Part shown: piece after piece, positions 50,586 to 61,523 of the stretch
Numbering within the stretch: position 1 is the stretch's first letter
Layout of the letters: every line of letters starts with the position of its first letter
Assembly: GCA_965205865.1 (NCBI GenBank)
Contig: CBDBHR010000030.1
Span: 256,001-320,000, forward strand
Direction: 5' to 3'
From: a bacterium
GTDB taxonomy: Bacteria; SAR324; NAC60-12
Length of the DNA stretch: 64,000 nt
Program-made: the position numbers and the translations under genes
Notes under the pieces: model-generated
What the model was told of the DNA's origin: nothing
Database searches by the model: none
What the model saw: only the letters and a program-made list of their open reading frames with translations

Positions 50586-52358
50586 CTAGAATCCCATCTC
50601 CCGCTTCAAATCCTGGTCGATCCACAGGCGCGAATAGACCAGGATACGGTCCATATCGCCGGGGTCGCTTTCGCCATTGTAGCCCTTCACCCACGGCCAG
50701 TGGACCGTGAAGTACGGCACGCGCGCTCCCCAGATGAACCAGTGCTGCCGGTTTATGTAGTCTGATGCCTCTCTGGCGAGCCTGTGGCGCTCGTCCATGT
50801 CGGCTTCGGCCACCACGCGCGCCACCATTTGTTTGTAGACCTCGTCATTTTTGCCAATGGTGCCCCATACGCCGGACTGGACGTTAATGAGTTCGCCGAC
50901 CGGATTCCATTCGTAGCCTGAAATGAAAGATATTACGTCGTAGTCATCCCCTGAGCGGCGAGCGCCCATCGTGGGGCCGTCTACAACCGTAAGAGTTACA
51001 TCGATGCCGATCGCCTCCCAAAATGCGGCGATGATCTCTTTCCAACCGCGATCATCCCTTGCGGTGATCAGAAATTCCAGCTCGAACCGGGTGCCGTCCG
51101 AACCCCGAGGCAATCCGGCCTCGTCGAGCAGCTTCTCAGCTCCTTCCGGGTTGTAGGCATAGTAGCCTTTGACCTCGTCCGACCAGTCCTCGTAGCGATT
51201 AATGAAGGGATACAAAGCGTTTCCCAACAACCCCTGCGGTTGGGTACTTGCATAGCCCTTGAAATACTTTGAGCCCGCTCCCTCGACGTCGAGTGCCATC
51301 TGTAGGGCGCGGCGTACCCGAACGTCATCGAAGGGCGGCCTGGTTGCGTTCACCATGGGAGACGTCTCGGAGCGAAACGAGGCACCCTGCGCGACGATGT
51401 CGGGGTTGGTGCGCTTGAGGCTTTCCACCTGGTCGATTGACGTTATCTGCGAGATCCCATGGAAGCCGAAGAAATCGACCTTGCCCGAGCGCAGAGCCGC
51501 CAGACGCGTCTGCGGCTCCGGCATCACCAGCGCGTTTATAGTGTCGATGTAGGGCAGCCGGTTCTCTGGAAACTTCTCGTCGAATCCCCAGTAGTTGGGA
51601 GCCTTCTCCCACGTCACGGAGCTGCCTTCGACCCAATCGGTAAGCTCGTACGGTCCGGTGCCAACGAGGTTGCGCCAGTCGGTGATCTCACCGTGCTCCC
51701 GAATCACCTCCGGTGGGTAGATGAACGCGACATTCACCATGAGGAGGGTCTTGAGCGCGTCCAGGTTTGGCTGCGCCAGCCGGAAGACAACGGTATTCTC
51801 CTCGGCAGTTATCGAGGTCAGGCCGATGTTATCCAGCGTAGTTACCGACGCCGCCCCTTCCGGCGGCTTGGTGTAGCCGCTGCCGAGCCCGGTGAAGCGA
51901 TGGAAGCTGAACTCCACGTCCTTGGCGGTTAGCGCGCGACTGTTCATAGGCGCTTTATCGTGCCAGTTCACGCCCTGGCGGATGTGCATGACGATGGTAG
52001 TTGGGTCGGGTTGCTCCCAGCGCTCGGCCAGGCGGCCGACGATGATGTCATCGGGCAGGTAGGTGGAGCGGAAGTCGAACTTGTCGCGACTCACGCCCCA
52101 GTCGCCGATACCGAGTTTCTCCAGCACGAGGCCTGTGACGAGGGCCGGGAGGTGGTTGAAGACCGTGTCAGCAGTCGGCGGGTCGTCGCGCAGCGTGACG
52201 TTGAGCGTGCCGCCATACTCCGGAGCGGTCACCATCTTGCCAGTGGACGGGTCTTTGACCATCTCTTGGGCTATAGTAACCGAGCCCATCCCCAGAGCAA
52301 TCGCCCCCGACACACCAACCAACATCCATTTTTTCATTTTTTGCTTAATCTTTTTCAT
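50586..52358 (-). CDS. Family-5 ABC substrate-binding protein, cluster 1
   Basis: PEYGGTL, LAERWE, GTGPY, PFDDVRVRRAL. ATG 52358 follows a GGAAAGGA RBS; the longer track ORF arises from the upstream duplication. Confidence 0.9.
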   Translation of the reverse strand: MKKIKQKMKKWMLVGVSGAIALGMGSVTIAQEMVKDPSTGKMVTAPEYGGTLNVTLRDDPPTADTVFNHLPALVTGLVLEKLGIGDWGVSRDKFDFRSTYLPDDIIVGRLAERWEQPDPTTIVMHIRQGVNWHDKAPMNSRALTAKDVEFSFHRFTGLGSGYTKPPEGAASVTTLDNIGLTSITAEENTVVFRLAQPNLDALKTLLMVNVAFIYPPEVIREHGEITDWRNLVGTGPYELTDWVEGSSVTWEKAPNYWGFDEKFPENRLPYIDTINALVMPEPQTRLAALRSGKVDFFGFHGISQITSIDQVESLKRTNPDIVAQGASFRSETSPMVNATRPPFDDVRVRRALQMALDVEGAGSKYFKGYASTQPQGLLGNALYPFINRYEDWSDEVKGYYAYNPEGAEKLLDEAGLPRGSDGTRFELEFLITARDDRGWKEIIAAFWEAIGIDVTLTVVDGPTMGARRSGDDYDVISFISGYEWNPVGELINVQSGVWGTIGKNDEVYKQMVARVVAEADMDERHRLAREASDYINRQHWFIWGARVPYFTVHWPWVKGYNGESDPGDMDRILVYSRLWIDQDLKREMGF

Positions 52359-52380
52359 GATAATTTCCTTTCCAAATACT

Positions 52381-52554
52381 ATTGAATTAAAAAGGGATTT
52401 CCTCCCCATACCATTGCTCCTCTTATTTTTGACAGCATCCATCATTTTTCCTTTCTTGTTATTACAAATTGAATTAAAAAGGGATTTCCTCCCCATACCA
52501 TTGCTCCTCTTATTTTTGACAGCATCCATCATTTTTCCTTTCTTGTTATTACAA
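52381..52554. repeat. Perfect 87-bp tandem duplication
   Basis: Units start at 52381 and 52468. Confidence 0.85.
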
Positions 52555-52821
52555 GTTGAAGGACGCACTCAGGCGTCCATGATATTCCAAATTCCCCTTG
52601 CCTTTCCGTTCCTGGAGCTTGGAACGTAGGATTTGAGGTTTGGCATTTGAAACGAGAAATCTTAAGGATCTTTCCCCTTCGGACTGGGCGCCGCTTCCGT
52701 GTCGCTTCCGATACGCCGATGCGCCGTATGCGGGGGGCAGCCTCCGGACCAGGCACAACAAAGACCCCGTCGAGGGAATATAAGGGGGTAGAACTTGGGA
52801 TGGGGAACCGGTTGCTTGTTG

Positions 52822-52906
52822 CTTGGAACTGAGAACTTGAGACTGGGAACTTGGAACTAGGTTCTTGGTGCGCGGGTGCCGGGTGCCGGGTGCCGGGTGC
52901 CGGGTG
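52822..52906. repeat. Heptamer tandem repeats
   Basis: A GAACTTG-like run followed by GGGTGCC about five times. Confidence 0.75.
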
Positions 52907-53184
52907 GGAATTGTACTATCATTTTAACCTCTTGTCAAGTTTTTTTTAAAAAGTGACGCATTGTTAATTTCGGTATATGATGGCTTTTTACATTATTTTG
53001 GCAACTCTTTTCTGCTGATTCCCCTCAAAAACCACCAATTTTCCTTAAATCAATATTGAACGCTCTCGCTTTCCGTCCTAGGAAAGATAAAAATTTTACT
53101 CACGCTGCAAATGAGATTATCACGGCCCTTTCTGAAATTCAACAATAAGTCGGAATCGTCCATATATTCTACGGAATTGTCCCC

Positions 53185-53410
53185 TTATTCAGTGTTCACT
53201 TGAATGCGAGCGTATAACTTTCTAAACTCTCGTGAGCTCATAATTTCATATCGTTTGAATATTCGACTGAAATATCCGGGATCCGTGTAACCCACTTCTT
53301 CCGAAATTTGATCGATATTGTCAGATCGATCCAAAAGCAGATTACGAGCATACATCAAGCGTGTGGTGTGGATCGCGTCGGTTATCGTTTTTCCAAAAAC
53401 CTGCTTAAAT
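53185..53410 (-). pseudogene. AraC-family regulator C-terminal remnant
   Basis: Manual translation KQVFGKT...ARNLL...IDQISEEVGYTDPGYFSRIFKR; cut off by the IS at 53417. Confidence 0.75.
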
Positions 53411-53416
53411 ATTCAT

Positions 53417-54304
53417 CCTAAATGATCCGGATTACAAAGTAAACTTGCGGCAACGTCAGAGGCATTCAGGGTTTTATGAAAATGGGTGTTGATATACTTT
53501 GGACAAGAAGGAGATCTGCCAGTACACGGAGTTTAAGAGCAAGCAGGGGACATGGAAGAAGGCTCGTCGCACGATCTACAGCCGCTTGATTGAACACGAT
53601 AGCCAACTCTCTTTGCCGGGTTTGGATCATGATGGCGTGATCATTACGAACCTTGGTATGGGAGAGGCCATTGATGGCCAACTCAGCCAAGCCGCTGAAG
53701 AAAAGCGCATCGATGCTCATAGCATCCTTGGCTCGTACCACGGACGGGGAAAGGATGAACTGGCCAACCGGGCGCTGAAAAACTTTGGTCATCAACAACT
53801 ACCCTTCAAGAACTTCATTTCCAATGCCGCATGGTACTATCTGATGCTGCTTGGCAACAACCTCTTCGAAGCCTTCAAAGAAGATGTCAGCAAGCCAGTG
53901 ATTGCGGTAACGATGTATGCTGATACCTTCCGGCGCCAGTTTCTTGATACGGCAGGCAAACTGGTTCGTCATGCCGGAAAACTGATCTTGAAAATACCCA
54001 AAACGACCTTTGAGCGCTTGCAATTGGACCAACTATTTGCCACCTGCCAGCATGCATAGGCGCTAATCTGATCAACGGGTTTCGCTTCAATTAAAAAACA
54101 AAAACATTAAAGTTTAAGGGGATGAGTGCGTCCATGACATGAGAAACGAAGACTTTCCACATCTGAAAACAGCATATTGATGCTCATTCTCACTCAAACA
54201 TCCATGGATTTGATGATCAAAATCTGATTTCAGAATGATTGCCTTTCTCAGACAAAAAAATCATCTTGAAAATCTGATCCTTTTTTAGAATCGCTCAATT
54301 TAGG
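53417..54304 (+). mobile_element. IS1380-family element, internally deleted
   Basis: Ends CCTAAAT...ATTTAGG; ORF 53499-54059 with YHGRGKDE, LPFKNFISNAAWY, FRRQFL..AGKLVRHA. Confidence 0.75.
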
Positions 54305-54434
54305 GTTTCATAAATTCTGATAAATGCCTCAGAAAAATTGAAGGAGGTATCGGATTTTCAACCCTTTGGTGAGATGAGTATCGCAGGGATTTACTGGGGG
54401 GAAGGACGGCTGTCAGAGAAAAAAAGGGGCGTAT

Positions 54435-54779
54435 TTATGGAGTAAACCATTTTGCAAGCATGTTGTAGAGACGTTGTAGGCGGTCTTGATCAATATTCCC
54501 AAGCTCGGCTTTAAATCGCTGCTGACTGACCGTAAGGAGTCTATCCAGGCGAATGACGCTGGTAATCTTTAATCGTGATGTTGGAAAATCGGAGTCATCT
54601 TTATTGATTATTTCTCCAAAACCCTCAATATGCTGGTGAATCTGAGAAGACACCATGCATACCAACCAATCATCAAATCTGCTTGGGGTTTCTTTCAGTA
54701 ATAAAACCGGACGGATTGAAAAGGTCTGCAAATCTGCCTGGGGGAAATTGAGGAGGATTATAGTACCTGGAGTAATCAT
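54435..54779 (-). CDS. PemK/MazF-family toxin
   Basis: PGTIILLNFPQAD....RPVLLL...VCMVSSQ...SVIRLDRL. Confidence 0.85.
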   Translation of the reverse strand: MITPGTIILLNFPQADLQTFSIRPVLLLKETPSRFDDWLVCMVSSQIHQHIEGFGEIINKDDSDFPTSRLKITSVIRLDRLLTVSQQRFKAELGNIDQDRLQRLYNMLAKWFTP

Positions 54780-54991
54780 CGGTACACTTCTTTTGCGTCT
54801 TCTAAAGTATATTGGATCTCATCCGCTATATCCATTCCCTTTTGTGCCTCAAGCATGGCCAGTTGTTCAAAATTAGTATCTTCCTCTAATGCTTCTTGTA
54901 GTAAGGTGCTGGCGAAATCATCAATATCAGCAACTCTTTCAAGCTGTGGTCTTAACCTATCGTCGAGTGTTGCAGTAATATGCACTTTCAT
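54776..54991 (-). CDS. Putative antitoxin
   Basis: Small acidic ORF overlapping the toxin start (ATGA). Confidence 0.7.
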   Translation of the reverse strand: MKVHITATLDDRLRPQLERVADIDDFASTLLQEALEEDTNFEQLAMLEAQKGMDIADEIQYTLEDAKEVYR

Positions 54992-55039
54992 GGCATCCCG
55001 CTTTCTTGTTAGCTGTATTGATCGGTGGCATATAATAGG

Positions 55040-55609
55040 TCAGTCTTTATTAGTATACCGATTTGAAGGGAGAGCACAAATCAGAAAGAGGGCTATCTTT
55101 TTGAGTGAGGTGCTTTTTATAGGGTCCAATATCGTCAATACCAGGCAGTTTGCAACAACGATGGTATAATATAAAAATTCCTTTTGCCGTTCTAGGATTC
55201 TATTCATCGAGAGGGCTACTTCAACAGAACCAAGCCTCGAAACGAGCATCATTATCGGTTTTTTGGCAATAATATGAGGTTCTTGGATTTCCTTACCTAC
55301 AAAGTAGGTTAGATTGGTTTCATCTAAAATGGAAACAGAAACAACATTGAGCCCTTTCTGGTATTCCCCTCGGGCCGATCTCATCATTGCAAAGTTTTTA
55401 TCGATGGAGGCTGGCGCAGCGATTCTAGCCAGATTTTCCGCGGTTTGATCGGCCTCTTCTTGTAAAATACGGACTTCTCTTTTAGTCATAATTAAAAAAT
55501 TTATTGACCCCATCCCCAAGGCAACGATGACGACAATCGGCATGAGACCGAGAAGAAAATCTCGACCGATGGAGCGCGTTAAAAATATATCGAGGATGGC
55601 ATTTTTCAT
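55040..55609 (-). pseudogene. Truncated membrane sensor (N-terminal two-TM region of a kinase-like protein)
   Basis: TM-periplasmic-TM layout ending without a signalling domain at the TA leader repeat. Confidence 0.45.
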
Positions 55610-55871
55610 TTTTTTGCTAGAGTGATCCGCCTTCGCCGAAGAACACGGGCTACCCCGTGGAGGAGTGCCTAAAATTTTTGTGCGACGGGGGATTGATCCG
55701 CATTCCCTTTATTGAGGAAAGAGCGTAGAGAAAACCCCATTGTGTGTCAAGAATAAATAGAGTTGACCCGCTAGACATTCTTTTCCAGTTATTTGAGATA
55801 GTATATATTATTTGCTGCCTCTAAGGTAGGTCACGATCTTTTCTTATTTCACGTTGCCAAATGGCATCCAG

Positions 55872-56133
55872 TTACAAGCGATTCACAAGCTTGTTATAGG
55901 CTTCATGACTGCCAATCCAGAACCATGCCATGTACTCTTCTTTATGTAGGCCGAGTGCACGCCAACCTAAACCAACCCGAACTGAATAAATGTTGTTACG
56001 GATATTTTTGTACTAGAGAGGGGTGCTGGGAATCCTGTTTCCACAGTTCATAGGTTTTCTTCGCCTGCTCCTGAATATGCTGGGGAAGGCTGGCATATAG
56101 TTTCCGAAAAGCAGGCCTTGTCTTTGATTTCAC
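55872..56133 (-). pseudogene. RelE/ParE-like toxin, frameshifted near 56013
   Basis: VKSKTRPAFRKLYASLP...HPSL/YKNI..IYSVRVGLGWRALG...WFWIGSHEAYNKL; the span is not a multiple of 3. Confidence 0.75.
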
Positions 56134-56357
56134 TTCCAGAGGTTTTCAAGAGGTTCAGTCGAGTCTTCATGTATCGACTGTTCTGCTTCTGCGGCAAGTT
56201 GGTCCAACACTTCAGGAGATTCTGCAAAACTCTGAGCCCATTGCACCTCGTCAAGAATATCCGAGAAATGTTCCAGAAGATTTTGAGCAAGCGATTCCTG
56301 CTCGGCTTCTGGCAATTCTGCGACTTTTTTGACGACTTGTTCTAGTGTTTTGGTCAT
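56130..56357 (-). CDS. Putative antitoxin
   Basis: MTKTLEQVVKKVAELPEAEQESLA...W..SFA.S..LD.LA.EA; overlaps the toxin start. Confidence 0.75.
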   Translation of the reverse strand: MTKTLEQVVKKVAELPEAEQESLAQNLLEHFSDILDEVQWAQSFAESPEVLDQLAAEAEQSIHEDSTEPLENLWK

Positions 56358-56556
56358 GGTATCCCTCTTTCTTGTTAGGTGTATTGATCGGTGGCATATA
56401 AGGGATCAGTCTTTATTAGCATACTAATTTGAAGATGGTCTCCCTCTTGAGTGTTGTTATCCTGAAAACCGGGGAAACGCACCGGAAAACGAAGAGTTCA
56501 TTATTTATTAGAGTTGGTTCGCTATCTTCACCTCAATTGGAAGAGGTAGGAAAAAT

Positions 56557-57027
56557 TTAGACTGTCCAATATTCGTGTTGGAATTGCTGGTTGATTTCGA
56601 CAAGTGTTGGATAGATTTGGTCAAGACTGACGAGAATTGCACTTTCAGTGATAGCGGTACTGGCAAGCATAAGGTCTATGTTATACCGCCGCATGTTTTA
56701 TGGAGTGATATGACGTGTTTGTTTCAATTTTCCTTTCAATTCTGCGTATAAGGAAGAGGAGTTTTGACGTAATGGAAAAACAACAAATCCTTGTGAAATT
56801 TGATTGATGATATGTCTGATAATGGGCTTTTTTTCGTCAGAAGCAAGAAAATAACTATATTCAAGCTCATAGAAATTGAGAACTGAAACCGTCAGGACAT
56901 CTTCTTCTGAGAGTTCAGTGATTTTCTTGAGAATAGATTTTGTTATTGGGTCCTGCGGGTTTCCATATAAAAAACTAATGGAATCTGTGGGAACATCGGT
57001 GAGTGCTTTGTGGGTGACGGAATTCAT
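56557..57027 (-). pseudogene. PIN/VapC-like toxin with in-frame stop
   Basis: SVLNFYEL...YAELK...ITP*NMRRYNIDLMLASTA....LVSLD. Confidence 0.7.
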
Positions 57028-57032
57028 GTGCT

Positions 57033-57338
57033 TTATGTCGAAATGGACCAGGTCGAGATGCTCAAGAATCCCCTAGAAAGCGTAATTGCTTGAGCCTCGC
57101 ATATTTCAACACAGTCTCCGCTTTGCAGGCATTTATTCTGATCATGAAGAATTTCGAAACCCCTTAGTTGCGAGTGAGGGGTGGAACACCACAAACACCT
57201 TAATGGACATCCCTTCATGTAGACCAGCGTTCGAATTCCTGGACCATCATGCATCGCATATCGTTGCATGTTGATCACGGTGCCCTTTAACTCTTCGGCC
57301 GGCCCACCTTTGGCATAAAAAAACTTGGGGTTCCTCAT
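57033..57338 (-). pseudogene. Glycyl-radical activating enzyme, N-terminal fragment
   Basis: HDGPGIRT...KGCPLRCLWC; truncated after the ferredoxin-like insert. Confidence 0.85.
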
Positions 57339-57455
57339 AAAGATCTCTCACATCCGTTAAAAAATTCTCAATTAAGTACCTAGACAAAATTATTCCATGA
57401 TTTTGAATGAAGATTTGTAAGTATATCTTACATTCATGATGATTGTGTCATATTG

Positions 57456-57531
57456 TGTCATACTGGACTTGATCCGGTATCCAGGGGGCTTTAATTGATT
57501 CCCTGGATTCCCGGGCAAGCCAGGAATGACA
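57456..57531. repeat. TGTCAT...ATGACA-type REP
   Basis: TGTCATACTGGACTTGATCCGGTATCCAG...CTGGATTCCCGGGCAAGCCAGGAATGACA. Confidence 0.7.
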
Positions 57532-57564
57532 AAACAAAATACCAGTTTAATTTTGTCCTATTAC

Positions 57565-59485
57565 TTAATGGTCGGTTCGGTCTATAATATCTTGCTGGGT
57601 TTTTTCTCCAAGCCCCGTGAAAAAGGCGCTGTAACCTGTAACGCGGACTTCAAGATCCAGGTGTTCTTCAGGGCTTTCAACGGCTGCCTTGAGGGTATCG
57701 AAATCTGTCAGGGAAACACCGAGATGCTGTCCTCCCAGATCGAAGAAGGTTTCTGCCAAAGCCATAAACCGTTCCGGGTCCAGCTTTCCCACTAAGCGGA
57801 GATTCAAGCCACTTGCCACGGTGCGCCAGTAAGGAATACCGCTTTTCCTCAAAGCCCAGCTGATTGATTGCCGTCAGAGAATCGGCAACGGTGGCCATTC
57901 CCATAACAAAGATGGATGTTCGTAGGATAGCGCATCCCACCTTGAGAAATATCCAGGCATTTTTCCAGGGAATCATGCATCAAGACCGAATCAAAATGAA
58001 ATATTTCCAGGGGCTCCAACTTTATCTGATGCTCTTCGGTCGCGCCGGGATATTTACCTGGAAAGGGACCTCCCGCTTTACCCGCCAATGTATTCTTGTG
58101 CGCATGGGCGACTCCAACCTCGGCCAGAAGACGGAAATTGCTCAGGATGTCCTCCATAGAGCTAATCTGATCCAAGGGGATTATTCCTTCGACTGGTTGG
58201 ACTTTTGAATGGTTGTGACCACTTTCAAAAAGTCCGGTGTAGCTGTCTTCAACCGCTTGGCCGTCGTTCAAAGCAGCCAGGAGCCATGTTGGCAGGACGT
58301 GCCAGTTCTCACCACCAGTTATAAAGACTGACATGAAGCCCGGAAGGTCAATACGGTTACAGGCGGTAAAGCTGTAATTACAAGCGTCTTCCTTGCTGAT
58401 CTTGGGAAAAAAGGTCTCAAAAGCATTTAAAATTTGGCTTTCATTCCAAAGCTGAATCTGTTGCGCGCATGTCTTCATTGCTGTGGCGACGGCTAATTTA
58501 AATTCAGCAGGGCTTTGGGAATCTATTCTGATGTTTATTTCCGGCTTGCGCATCTTGACCAAAGGGGCGGCCTCTAGGAACAAATAGGAAAGCTCATTTT
58601 CCATGGAATCCCCATTTTCAGAGCGTCCGCCAAGCGTAATGTATATATGTGACGCTACGCTGGGAACCGGTTTGATATCACTCTTACCGACGATCTCGTT
58701 TGTTTTAATGTAGAGATGCGCCAGCAGCAATTTCACTTCATCCCGATCAAGAACTCCCTGCTTGAGGTCTGCTTGATAGTAGGGGAAGAGATACTAATCC
58801 ATGCGGCCAAAGGCAAAATCCCGTGCTCCGAGAATGCAACCGAAAACCAAATTGACCAGACAGATCCCTTGCAGGGCCTCGAAAAAGTTCCTTGCGGGAC
58901 GTCCAGGGACATGCTCCAGCGCATCAGCGATGCGGAGGAGATGCTGCTGATATTGAGGATCATCGACTGATTCTGATTTCTGTCGGGCCGCTGCGGCGTA
59001 ACGTTTGGCAAATCTGTCTACGGCCTGACAGCATCGTTCAGCGTTAGCGGCGAAACGAAGGGCCTGCTCCGTGTCAAGATCGTCTGCATTTTTCTTGACC
59101 TCCTCGGCAATGCTCAAAAGGCCTTTCTTCAGCATTAAAGGCCAATCCAAGGTGGTATGTCCCGCAATGAAAAAAGGCCGCGCTTGACAATAAACCCCTG
59201 CGACTTGAAATGCTCGATTTCTGCTTTTGATAATTTGACTTGGTTGGCCCCTTCGAGACGGTCTTCATAAGGTATGGGTTCATGGGGTGTGAGGGGCGCT
59301 TTCTTAAATTTTTAAGTTGTGGATTGGATGAGTTTCAATCTTTCCCCCGTAATCAGCTGGTGGGGGATCGCTTACTTTTTCTATCACTTCAGCTTGTCCG
59401 GAGCGAGTCGTCTCTTGGTAATTGATGGGTGGGTAGGAAAATTTACGGTCTTCCATTGGGTTGTCTTTGCCTTGAAATCAGTCAT
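57565..59485 (-). pseudogene. PFL-family glycyl-radical enzyme, multiply disrupted
   Basis: Fragments LLRIADALEHVP..PARNFFEALQ, FGRMD, ITLGG...NELSYLFLEA, G.ATVADSL, and the C-terminal VRVTGYS glycyl motif. Confidence 0.8.
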
Positions 59486-59515
59486 GAGTATCCCTTTCTA
59501 ATTTTTATGAATTTT

Positions 59516-60448
59516 TTAACCTTTTTTCCCTTTGAATCCTCCATAGCGCCCGCCACCGCCTCTCAGGCTGGGGTCAAGCAGGTCTCTGAGCGCGTCTCCG
59601 AACATGTTGGTGCCCCAGACGACGATGAACAGGGAAAACCCGGGCCAGAGCGCCAGCGCCGGCACCCTCTCCATGTAGCGGCGTCCTTCCCAACTGAGCA
59701 TCCCTCCCCAGCTGGCGACATCAGGGGGCAGCCCAAGACCGAGGAAGCTCAGGGAGGCCTCGGCAATGATCACGTCGCCAATGGTCACGGTGAAGATGAC
59801 GATCATGGGCGCCATGATGTTGGGCAGCACATGCCGGAAGAGGATTTGGCGCGTGGGGACGCCCACGGCCCTGGCTGCCAGAAAATACACATTTTCCTTG
59901 ATGCCGATGACAGCGCTTCGCGCGATTCTCGAACCGCTGATGCCGCCGACAATGCCCAGCACCAGGATGATCTGCAGCTGCCCCTGTCCGACCAGCGACA
60001 TCACTGTGATCAGAATGAGCAGCCCCGGGAAGGCCATCCAGGCGTCCACAAACCGCTGCACCACCATGTCGAACTTGCCGCCGAAGAACCCGGTCGTCGC
60101 GCCGATCAGCAGCGCGACCACCAGGTTGATGCTGGTTGCGGAGAGGCCAATGATCACCGAAATGCGTGCCCCATGGATGATTCGGCTGAGGATGTCTCGC
60201 CCCAGCTGGTCGGCACCCAGCGGGTATTGCCAGGAAGGCGGGGCATACCTGTCCAGCAGGTGAATCTCGTTCATCCCGTAGGGGGCCAGCATATCGGCGA
60301 AGATGCCGCAGAAAAGCAGCAGCAGCACGATGATGCCGCCCACGGTGCCCAGCGGCTGTTCGCGGACAAGCCTCCGGATGAATTCTACTAAGCGCGAGCG
60401 CCTTTTTCGCTCCACCAGGGGAGTTGCTCTCTCTGTTATTTCCGTCAT
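59516..60448 (-). CDS. Peptide/nickel ABC permease (DppC-like), cluster 2
   Basis: LGADQLGRD, HVLPN, EASLSFLG; paralog of 48565-49497. Confidence 0.92.
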   Translation of the reverse strand: MTEITERATPLVERKRRSRLVEFIRRLVREQPLGTVGGIIVLLLLFCGIFADMLAPYGMNEIHLLDRYAPPSWQYPLGADQLGRDILSRIIHGARISVIIGLSATSINLVVALLIGATTGFFGGKFDMVVQRFVDAWMAFPGLLILITVMSLVGQGQLQIILVLGIVGGISGSRIARSAVIGIKENVYFLAARAVGVPTRQILFRHVLPNIMAPMIVIFTVTIGDVIIAEASLSFLGLGLPPDVASWGGMLSWEGRRYMERVPALALWPGFSLFIVVWGTNMFGDALRDLLDPSLRGGGGRYGGFKGKKG

Positions 60449-60462
60449 GGTTTTTCTGTTTC

Positions 60463-61419
60463 TTAGCGGTAGCGCACCCTGGGATCAAGGTAGGCGTAGG
60501 TCAGGTCGATCAGGAGATTGATGAGCACCACGGCAGTTGCGATAAACAGGTTAATGCCAGAGACAATGGGGTAGTCTCGCTTTGAAATGGAGTCCAGCAG
60601 GAGACTGCCTAAGCCGGGGAGGACAAAGATCTGCTCGATGATGACCGAACCCCCGATGAGGATGGGCAGCTGAAAGCCGACGATGGTCACCACCGGAATG
60701 AGGGCATTCTTCAAGACATGCCGCATCACGACGATCTTCTCCTCGAGTCCCTTCGACCAGGCAGTCCGGATGTAGTCCTGCCGCAGCACCTCCAGGGCCA
60801 TGGTGCGTATCATGCGCATGGTGGTTCCCGAAAGGACCGATCCCAGGATCGCGGCTGGGAGGAGAAACATTCCCAGATTCCCGAGCGGGTCCTCCGTGAA
60901 AGGAATCAGTTCCATCGAGGGGGACCACCCCCACCAGATAGCGGGGTAAAGCATGACCATGGTCGCTGTCCAGAAGGTCGGGACTGAGATGAAGGTCACG
61001 GCGATGCCGCGCCCAGCGTAATCGCTGATGGTATTCTGGCGAATGGCCGAGTAGATGCCGATCGGCAGCGATATCAGCAGTCCGATCATAACGGCAAACA
61101 CTCCCAGCTCAAACGTCACCGGCAACCTGGCTAATATCTTCGGGGTAATAGGTAGCTCTCCCCTGAGTGTCGTCCCCAGGTCGCCTTGAAGGACTCCTCC
61201 AATCCAACGAGCATACTGGACATGTACCGGCAGATCCAGCCCGAGCTTATGCCTGATGAGTTCACGGTCCACGGAGGTGCTCGACGCCGCGGGCATTTCG
61301 GACACCATAGCGTCGATAACATCACCGGGGATCATGCGAACGACAGCAAAGACGATGATAGTCACCAGAAACAGGGTGGGGACTAATAGCAGTATTCTTC
61401 TGATGATGTAGGTGCGCAT
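60463..61419 (-). CDS. Peptide/nickel ABC permease (DppB-like), cluster 2
   Basis: Paralog of 49514-50479. Confidence 0.92.
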   Translation of the reverse strand: MRTYIIRRILLLVPTLFLVTIIVFAVVRMIPGDVIDAMVSEMPAASSTSVDRELIRHKLGLDLPVHVQYARWIGGVLQGDLGTTLRGELPITPKILARLPVTFELGVFAVMIGLLISLPIGIYSAIRQNTISDYAGRGIAVTFISVPTFWTATMVMLYPAIWWGWSPSMELIPFTEDPLGNLGMFLLPAAILGSVLSGTTMRMIRTMALEVLRQDYIRTAWSKGLEEKIVVMRHVLKNALIPVVTIVGFQLPILIGGSVIIEQIFVLPGLGSLLLDSISKRDYPIVSGINLFIATAVVLINLLIDLTYAYLDPRVRYR

Positions 61420-61523
61420 ATTATGGATTCATCTGCATCGACAACACCCCCTCGACACGAAGGAGCTGAGGGACTAAGCCCCCAGCACCCTCTTTGTATC
61501 AGGTCAGCTTAAGGCGTGAACCC

